Shown here: positions 57,370 through 64,000 of the stretch, piece by piece
Layout: each line of letters opens with the position of its first letter
Position numbering within the stretch: position 1 is the stretch's first letter
Assembly (NCBI GenBank): GCA_964019335.1
Contig: OZ025680.1
Location: 62,001 to 126,000, forward strand
From: Diplonema japonicum
Taxonomy: Eukaryota > Protista > Euglenozoa: Diplonemea
Direction of reading: 5' to 3'
Length of the DNA: 64,000 bases
The notes under the pieces: generated by a model
The model's database searches: none
What the model was told of the DNA's origin: nothing
Seen by the model: the letters and a program-made list of their open reading frames with translations, nothing else
Made by a program: the position numbers and the translations under genes

Positions 57370-57810
57370 CTACAAAATCAGGGTTCTTTTTTTCCCTTTT
57401 TTCACAGAATTCCTTAAGATGCAATGTTCTTCCCACAACTCAAGCGCTTTCTCGCGTGCAAAATCCATGGCCTCGAACTCCGTTGCGCCTTCTGCCTTAG
57501 CTAATGCGTACTGTTTAGGCAGCTCCTTGCTGATGAAGAGAGAGTAGGCCTCCGGGACATCATCCTTCCTGGGCCTTGCTTGTTGCATAGTCTTCGACCT
57601 TTCTACCTGACTGGTGGACGCCGCCTTCACAAATCGTTCCCTTGTCGTCTCTGCGAAGCCTCTCCACTTGTCCTGCAACTCCTTCGTTGTTAGCCGGTTA
57701 CCCTTCTTCTTCTCCTTTTTCGCATACAACGAAAATGCTGTGTTGTGTGCCTCTGGAGGCGGCAACGTCTTCTTTCCCCTCATCTGCAGCCGTCCCACTT
57801 GCCTCAACAT
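57370..57810 (-). CDS. Basic HMG-box-like protein with mitochondrial-type leader (KAP/TFAM-like)
   Basis: MLRQVGRLQMRG leader; NTAFSLYAK...LQDKWRG...RERF and PEAYSLFI...ALELW resemble two HMG boxes. Confidence 0.55.
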   Translation of the reverse strand: MLRQVGRLQMRGKKTLPPPEAHNTAFSLYAKKEKKKGNRLTTKELQDKWRGFAETTRERFVKAASTSQVERSKTMQQARPRKDDVPEAYSLFISKELPKQYALAKAEGATEFEAMDFAREKALELWEEHCILRNSVKKGKKRTLIL

Positions 57811-58105
57811 GTTTCCCCCCCACTCCTTTTTTCCCCCTCCTGAAACTGATTTAATAATCCTCAACAAAGACATACAACAAAATAACAAAACGAAAACAAA
57901 AAAAAAAGATTTTTTTCTTCTTTTTTTTTCCCCCCTCCCCAAACTCATCCTCCCAAAACATCGTTTTTGTTTTCCTCCGATTTTTTTTTTCCTTCTTTTT
58001 TTTTTGTTTCAAAAAAAAAAAAAAAAAAAAAAAAAGAGACGAAAAGGAAGATATCTTTTTCTTCTTTTTTTTTATTTCTCATTTTTTTTTTTTTTTTTTT
58101 TTTTT

Positions 58106-59437
58106 TCACTTTATGATTTTGTACAAAGACTGCGCGCTCCCGGCCAGCATGAGAACGACACCATATGTGCAGCAGAGTATGGACGGGAGTTTCGTGACAA
58201 GGGAAGTATCTCCGACAGTACACTTCAACCAAGCAAGATGAGGGAGGACATAGACAGCGATAGACGTCCCCAGCGCCCCTACCAACCCGAGCACGTCAGC
58301 AAAATCAGAGATCACTAACGAGATCCCTGCAGCTATCACAACACCCAGGATTCTAAGAAACACAGCTTTCTTTCGGTAAAGAACGGTCCATTCATGCGAC
58401 CCCCTGTCGACCCCTATGGAGCGGCACCACCGCCACTCCACCGCCTCATAACTGCAGTAGTAAACCACCGCAAATGTGGGGATTAGTTGTAAACAGTAAA
58501 GAGAAACTCCTATTTTGTTTATAACACGTGACCCGTCCATGTTCTGCGTGAACTCTTCTTTGATACCGTCTGGGTCAGGGAAATATCGTAGGTATCCTGC
58601 AAATCCCACAGCAAGGTAGCATATTGAAAAGACGAATATGGTGCCGGTGACAACGGAGAGGAAGCTGTCCTTCTCGTGCATGGCGTTGTGTGCAGAAGGG
58701 CTGAGAACAACAATACCTTCATTGCAGAACGCGCTGATGGACAACGCAAGAGGGATATTTGAGAAATCTGCCGCGGTACAATTGTCAAGGAACTCTGTGA
58801 AATCATGACCCGAGACACTGTCTGCGGTGTCGATGAACAGCACTGTCGCGAAGGCTATCCCGCAGAAAACACCAAATGTTGCAAAAGAAGAAAGAAACTG
58901 AATATCGTCAAACGACGCAAGACACGCTGCAGGGATGACACACATGCCCACCCATGCTGCTCCATCAAGCCCGATAAACTTCGGCATATTGTCGTGAATA
59001 AACTTTAAATACGCAATACAGCTTCCCCACATTGAAATGGCTAAAGAAAGAAGTGCACAGAGTTCTGCTCTCGGGCCTAATATGGTCTTGATGAGGCCTG
59101 TGTAGTCGAGGAGTGGGCCGTCAAAGTCATCATCACCCACCACCGCCATCGTGCCTTCACCGCCTTCAAGAATTTCCTTGCATTTGATCAGTTTTCCTAT
59201 TGAGAATCTTGTGATGAACATGGATGCTATGAACAAGGCTGTTCCTAGCCACAGGCCGCCGCTGTCTAGGAGGTACGGGATGGCCATCATGCCTATTCCC
59301 CAGTTGCATTTTAGGAGTGTCAGGCCGACGCCCCATCTTGTCATCGGATCTATGTTGTCTTCATCTCTTCTGCGGTACGTTACCACGCTGCTGCTTGTTG
59401 CAGAATGCCTGCCTACATCCCCTTGTATAAGAGACAT
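58106..59437 (-). CDS. Amino acid/auxin permease (AAAP, SLC36/38-like) transporter
   Basis: LLKCNWGIGMMAIPY, SAFCNEG, GFAGYL, LGLVGA...YVLP; about 11 hydrophobic segments. Confidence 0.9.
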   Translation of the reverse strand: MSLIQGDVGRHSATSSSVVTYRRRDEDNIDPMTRWGVGLTLLKCNWGIGMMAIPYLLDSGGLWLGTALFIASMFITRFSIGKLIKCKEILEGGEGTMAVVGDDDFDGPLLDYTGLIKTILGPRAELCALLSLAISMWGSCIAYLKFIHDNMPKFIGLDGAAWVGMCVIPAACLASFDDIQFLSSFATFGVFCGIAFATVLFIDTADSVSGHDFTEFLDNCTAADFSNIPLALSISAFCNEGIVVLSPSAHNAMHEKDSFLSVVTGTIFVFSICYLAVGFAGYLRYFPDPDGIKEEFTQNMDGSRVINKIGVSLYCLQLIPTFAVVYYCSYEAVEWRWCRSIGVDRGSHEWTVLYRKKAVFLRILGVVIAAGISLVISDFADVLGLVGALGTSIAVYVLPHLAWLKCTVGDTSLVTKLPSILCCTYGVVLMLAGSAQSLYKIIK

Positions 59438-59945
59438 GGTGTGATGCGCATTTAATTATACCTGAGGGGTGGGATGGTACCGGCGGTGGGATATAGATAA
59501 ATACAGATTTCCTGGCGGGGGAGGGTTTTTTTTTTTTTGATGAGGGGGGGGAAATTCGTTTCGCAAACCATACCTCCCCCTCACCAAAGAACTGCAATGT
59601 GGAAAAATACCACGATTTCCCAGAGGGGGGGGGGGGGTTGTCGTAATATTTTTTTAAAAAAAGGAAAAAACAAAGGGGGGTGTTTAAAGTCAGAGAACAG
59701 GGAAAAAAAAAGTAAGGAGAAGCAGGTGTTACAGAAGGTTGTAAAAACAGAACTGGGGCTGATATATTTTTTTTTAAAAATACCTTGTCCCTCTCTTGTC
59801 TTCCCCCCCCCCCCCCCCCCGAATAAAATACAAAGAAAATCACTCTCCCCCCTCCACATGGGATCCGGCCTTTTTGTTCCGTTCTTTTTTTTTTTCTTCT
59901 CTTCAAAACACAAAAAAAGACCATTCCCTTTGAGGAGAAAAGAGA

Positions 59946-59985
<40 letters not shown>

Positions 59986-60027
59986 ATGAAGAAAAAAAAC
60001 TTTTTTTTAAATTCACTCTCGGTATTA

Positions 60028-61509
60028 TTAGGGCTGCATCTCGATTTGTTCCAGCTGCGAAAGATCGTAAGAAGGCCAGGAGTAAGACGGGACCGAGGGG
60101 GAAGGGTTCTTGAGCAGATCAGCCTGTGCAGGCCCCCTAGACCCCCGAGGGTAGGGAATAGGGTTAGGCTGCTTCGTCGGATCCAGGAGCGGGGTAAAAA
60201 TACGCCAAGCCTCCTCAAGCTCGTCCTGCCGCACAAAATTATTCCTCTTCCCCGTGATGGCGTCAAGTATCAACGCTTCGTACGCATCAGGAAGGGCAAG
60301 GTTCATGTACCTTTTGTTATACTGTAGGCTGAGCTCAGGCTGGTGAATGTTCCCGCTCAACCCTGGAATCTTCGAGGTGAATTTGTAGTAAATCGCTTCG
60401 TCAGGCTGCACGCTAAACACAAGCTCGCTGTTTGGGGCGTTTTTGTACAATCCAGAAGTGGGTTTTTTAAAAGTAATCCGCACATCAACCTTTTTGTTGT
60501 TAAGCGCTTTCCCCGCCTTTAGTATAAAAGGGACGCCTTCCCACCTGCTGTTCTTCACCTTCAACAAGGTCGAAGCAAATGTTGGGGTTTTCGAGTTTTT
60601 TGGGACAGTGATGTCATCCGTGTACCCAAGCTTCCCATCGCCCGCGGTGTACTGCCCGAACACCGTTGTTTTCGGTGATGCTGTGGTCGTGTTTTTAAGA
60701 ACTTGAACTTTTGCGTTTCGGATGTCTTCGGGTTGAAGGGATTTTGGTGGTTCCATGGCGACCAATGAGAAGATTTGCATCAAGTGGTTCTGCGTGATGT
60801 CTCTTAAGATACCTGACGAGTCAAAGTACCCGCCCCGGCCTTCCGTTCCTATTTTTTCTTTGCAAGTTATTTCCACGGATTGCACGGTGTTCTTGTCCCA
60901 GATTTTCTCGAAGGTCGAGTTTGCAAACCGTGTCACAAGCAGGTTCTGAACCATGTCCTTGCCCAGGTAGTGGTCTATCCTGTACAGGTCCTCCTCTTTG
61001 ACAAGCTTTTTTAAATCATCGCCTAGTTTCTTCGCGGTGGGGAGGTCTTTTCCAAACGGCTTCTCGACGATTACCCTGTTGAAACCGTCCGTGCTTTGAC
61101 AGACCGCTTTAATGTTTTTTGAAGCCGGCACAAAAACATCTGGCGGTAAGGCTAAGTAGAACAATCTGTTCTTCCCGTTCATCGCACGGTCCATCTTGGC
61201 ATAAGCTGCTGGATCGTCGTAGTTCCCAGACACGTACACACAGTTTTCAAGGAAGCTTTTGAGGGTAGCGTTCTCGCTTTCCGTCTTCGTGGTGATGAAT
61301 TCACGGATCTGCTTTCTGAACTCTTCCGCCTTCAAGGCCGACCTTGCGAACCCTACAATTTTTGTATCCTCCGGAAGCAGGCCCTTCTTGAATAATTGGA
61401 ACAGAGCTGGGTACGTTTTTCTCTTTGCCAAGTCCCCGCTCGCACCTAATACGGCAACGTTCAACGGAACCTTTTGTGCCATGCCTTCCGAGGCTGGTAG
61501 GGCAGCCAT
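60028..61509 (-). CDS. G6PD: Glucose-6-phosphate 1-dehydrogenase
   Basis: GASGDLA, FYLALPP, EKPFG, RIDHYLGK, GRGGYFD, QNHL, KAGKAL, DAYE; likely start MAALPAS at 61509. Confidence 0.95.
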   Translation of the reverse strand: MAALPASEGMAQKVPLNVAVLGASGDLAKRKTYPALFQLFKKGLLPEDTKIVGFARSALKAEEFRKQIREFITTKTESENATLKSFLENCVYVSGNYDDPAAYAKMDRAMNGKNRLFYLALPPDVFVPASKNIKAVCQSTDGFNRVIVEKPFGKDLPTAKKLGDDLKKLVKEEDLYRIDHYLGKDMVQNLLVTRFANSTFEKIWDKNTVQSVEITCKEKIGTEGRGGYFDSSGILRDITQNHLMQIFSLVAMEPPKSLQPEDIRNAKVQVLKNTTTASPKTTVFGQYTAGDGKLGYTDDITVPKNSKTPTFASTLLKVKNSRWEGVPFILKAGKALNNKKVDVRITFKKPTSGLYKNAPNSELVFSVQPDEAIYYKFTSKIPGLSGNIHQPELSLQYNKRYMNLALPDAYEALILDAITGKRNNFVRQDELEEAWRIFTPLLDPTKQPNPIPYPRGSRGPAQADLLKNPSPSVPSYSWPSYDLSQLEQIEMQP

Positions 61510-62293
61510 TTTTTTTCCCCCCCTTTTTTTTGTCCTGTCCGGGGGGGGGGAGTGAAGAGCGAGCTTAACATTAAAAAAAAATAGAAAAATAGGAAAAAAA
61601 AAAAAAAAAAACAAGAGGAGAGAGAGAAAAAAAAAGAAAAAAAAAAGGGTGGGGTGGGGATGGGAGTATTTTAAATTTGGGAAAACATATGAGGTCAACG
61701 AGGGGATGGGGAGCCAGGCCCGGCTGGTATGGCTAGAGACGTGTTCTTTAAAAAAAAAAAAATAGGGGGGGAAAAAATACAAAGCTTCTCTCATTTCCCC
61801 CAAGTCCCGGCACCTCTCGTTCCGCTTTTTTTTTTTTTTTTTGAAACATGGAAATGGAAACATTTTTTCTCCCCCCACACGTATCTTGCCGCCGTAGCCT
61901 GGGATAAAAAGGTAGGGGAAAGGGAGGGGGAAAAGAAGAAAAAAAAAACGTGTACTTCAGGGCATTCTCATACTTTTTTTTTCTTTCACCTGCGGAAGCA
62001 TTTCTTTTGTTGTAGGAGGGGGGGGGGGGGGGGGGGGGGGGCATTTCCTTAAAGAAAGGCACACCAATCCGAGTTCTATTTTTTTTTCCCTCTTTTTTTC
62101 TTTTTTGCGTCATTCAGATAAACGCTCTAATGCCGTTTTTTTCAAAAAAAAAAAAAAAAGGCGCTAATTTTCATTTCCCCCCCCCTCTTTTTAGTCTTCT
62201 TTCTTTCTAATAAAAAAAACTTTTCCATTTTTTTTTTTTTCTTCGTGTCGCCAGGTATGCATCACAAAGGAACACGCATACACACAAGAAGAA

Positions 62294-62333
62294 GAGACAT
62301 TTAAGGGTACCTGCGGTATGTGGCAGGACGCCT
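62294..62333. repeat. Hairpin element, type B (copy 5 of 6)
   Basis: GAGACATTTAAGGGTACCTGCGGTATGTGGCAGGACGCCT. Confidence 0.85.
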
Positions 62334-62927
62334 GACAAAAAAAGGTAGCATTGCTTTAAATACCCCTTTTCCTGCCTTTTCCCATTGGGAATAGGAGAAA
62401 TGAAAAATAATTCTTTATGACAATATGTCTTTTGTTGTTCGCACGAGCAAAAAAGCTGCGAAAATTTTTTTGCTCGGCACAAGTTGCATATGGTTATGAA
62501 ATCATTTTTTGAAAGATAAATATTTGTAACAAAAAAAAAAAAACTTTTTTTTTTCTTTCCCCCCTTTATCTCCACCATTTCTTATTTGTGCTCTCCATAT
62601 GGATGCTCCCTTTTTTTTAAAAAAAAAGAAAATAAAAGAAAAAAAAAATACTCGTAAAAGCCCAGGACGCAAAGTGGCAGGGGGTAAAAATATATTATAT
62701 ATAAAAAAAAAAAAAATGCTAAAGGTGATGGTACTACGGAGGTCGAGTTACTTTCTTTTTTTCTGCTCCTGTAATGCCTCAAAAAGGGAAATATTATTGG
62801 TGTATATTAGGAAAAGAGGGGTATAAAAAGGAACTATATCCCCATAAGTGTAAAAGGGACATGTGTCTTTTTGTTGTTGGTGAAAAACAAAGGGGAGGGG
62901 GGATAAAGCTATTTGCGTGCTGAAAAG

Positions 62928-62962
<35 letters not shown>

Positions 62963-62965
<3 letters not shown>

Positions 62966-63002
62966 ACATTTAAGGGTACCTGCGGTATGTGGCAGGACGC
63001 CT
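62963..63002. repeat. Hairpin element, type B (copy 6 of 6)
   Basis: Identical to 62294-62333, directly after a long A-tract. Confidence 0.85.
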
Positions 63003-64000
63003 GAATAAAAAAAATATAAAAAAAAAAGGATTCCTACCAGAGAGAGAATCAAGGCTTACTAGCCTTTTTATTGAAACGTGTAAAAAGAAGAAAGAAAGAA
63101 AAAAAAAAGAAGAAAAAAAAATTTCAACTTTTTTTTGCAGGTAGGAATACTATATCCTTTTGTGTATTTTCCCCATTCCACCCCCCCCCCCCCCCCCCCT
63201 CTCCTACTTGTCTCGTTCCATTTCCATTTTTTTTTATGCAGGTTAAAGCTTTCCGTAATAAAAGAAGGGAGAAAAAATATAAAAAAAATATCCCTTGTTT
63301 TTTTTTTTTTTTTTTTTATAGCCATACTTTCCCCCTAGTCACACTTCAACAACTCTACTCTGGGGAGGGAGGAGCGGGGATTGGGGGAAAAATGGGGGAT
63401 GGAATCACAGGGGAGAAGGGAATTAAAAGTTTAATATTAAGGTGGAAAAAAATGGGAAAGGAGGGGGGAGAAAAAAAATAAAAAATAAAAAAAAAAAGGA
63501 GGGAAAACTGAGAGAGAGGGAAAGGGGGCAATCGTGGAGCGTAATAGGTAGGGGGTAACTAGAGGGGGAAACTGGATATCAGACTTTTAATGCCTATTAG
63601 TTTAAAAAGAAAAGGGGGAAAAAAAGGGGGGGGAATTTGTGTACCGGGAAGTATTTCTTTTCTTCTTCTTCTTTGAAATCACAAATGATAAAAAGAAACA
63701 GAACCCTCGGTTTTCTTAAAAAAGTAGAACTTTTTTTTTTTTTGAGAAACCAGTCTCGGAGAAGGGTGGGGATAAAAAAAGGGAAGAGAACGAGAGAAGA
63801 AAATCGTGTGTGTGTGCGCTTTGAGGCGTGGAGCGTAAAGGATTTGTTCATTCTTTTCTTTTTCAGAACTTTTTTTTTTTTTTTTAAAACAAGCAAAAAA
63901 AAAAAAATTGCTATCGAAACGTACCTGTGGAGAAAAGGGGGGAATGTTTTCTTCCCGGGTTAAAACCCAAGTCAAAACAAATTTAAAAAAAAAAAAGAAG

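Noticed and set aside
61510-61878. N-terminal extensions in the ORF track for G6PD (also 51027, 57948, 11884, 17245)
   Set aside because: Low-complexity upstream sequence; downstream ATGs fit family N-termini or splice acceptors better.

Overview
Eukaryotic (protist) genomic DNA, most likely a euglenozoan with cis-introns such as a diplonemid. This is an inference from a two-copy gene resembling kinetoplastid cytochrome c oxidase subunit V, from every credible gene lying on the minus strand across 64 kb, and from short GT-AG introns. All family assignments come from motif recognition by eye, not database searches. Contents, left to right: a 5'-truncated APE/RT non-LTR retrotransposon; a fused bacterial-type PyrBI; a TMEM65-GAF fusion; a rhodanese; COX V copy 1; a DNA ligase III that splices into a macrodomain and two XRCC1-like BRCTs; a CTD/SCP phosphatase; an MLO-like protein; a survivin-like BIR protein; GT25; an AA10 LPMO with two CBM1-like modules; a tandemly duplicated subtilisin-CUB plus Cys-rich cassette with a pogo-like transposon between the copies; COX V copy 2; DNAAF1; an EF-hand protein; an HMG-box protein; an amino-acid permease; and G6PD. 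Best leads: (1) the retrotransposon joins ORF1 to an AUG-less ORF2 through an in-frame UGA-CUA followed by a 2A-like peptide; (2) the LIG3-macro-BRCT-BRCT fusion; (3) a ~43-nt hairpin element present six times in one orientation between A-tracts; (4) COX V copies near-identical from start to stop codon, introns included, with unrelated UTRs; (5) tiny A/C-rich, mostly phase-0 introns without polypyrimidine tracts.
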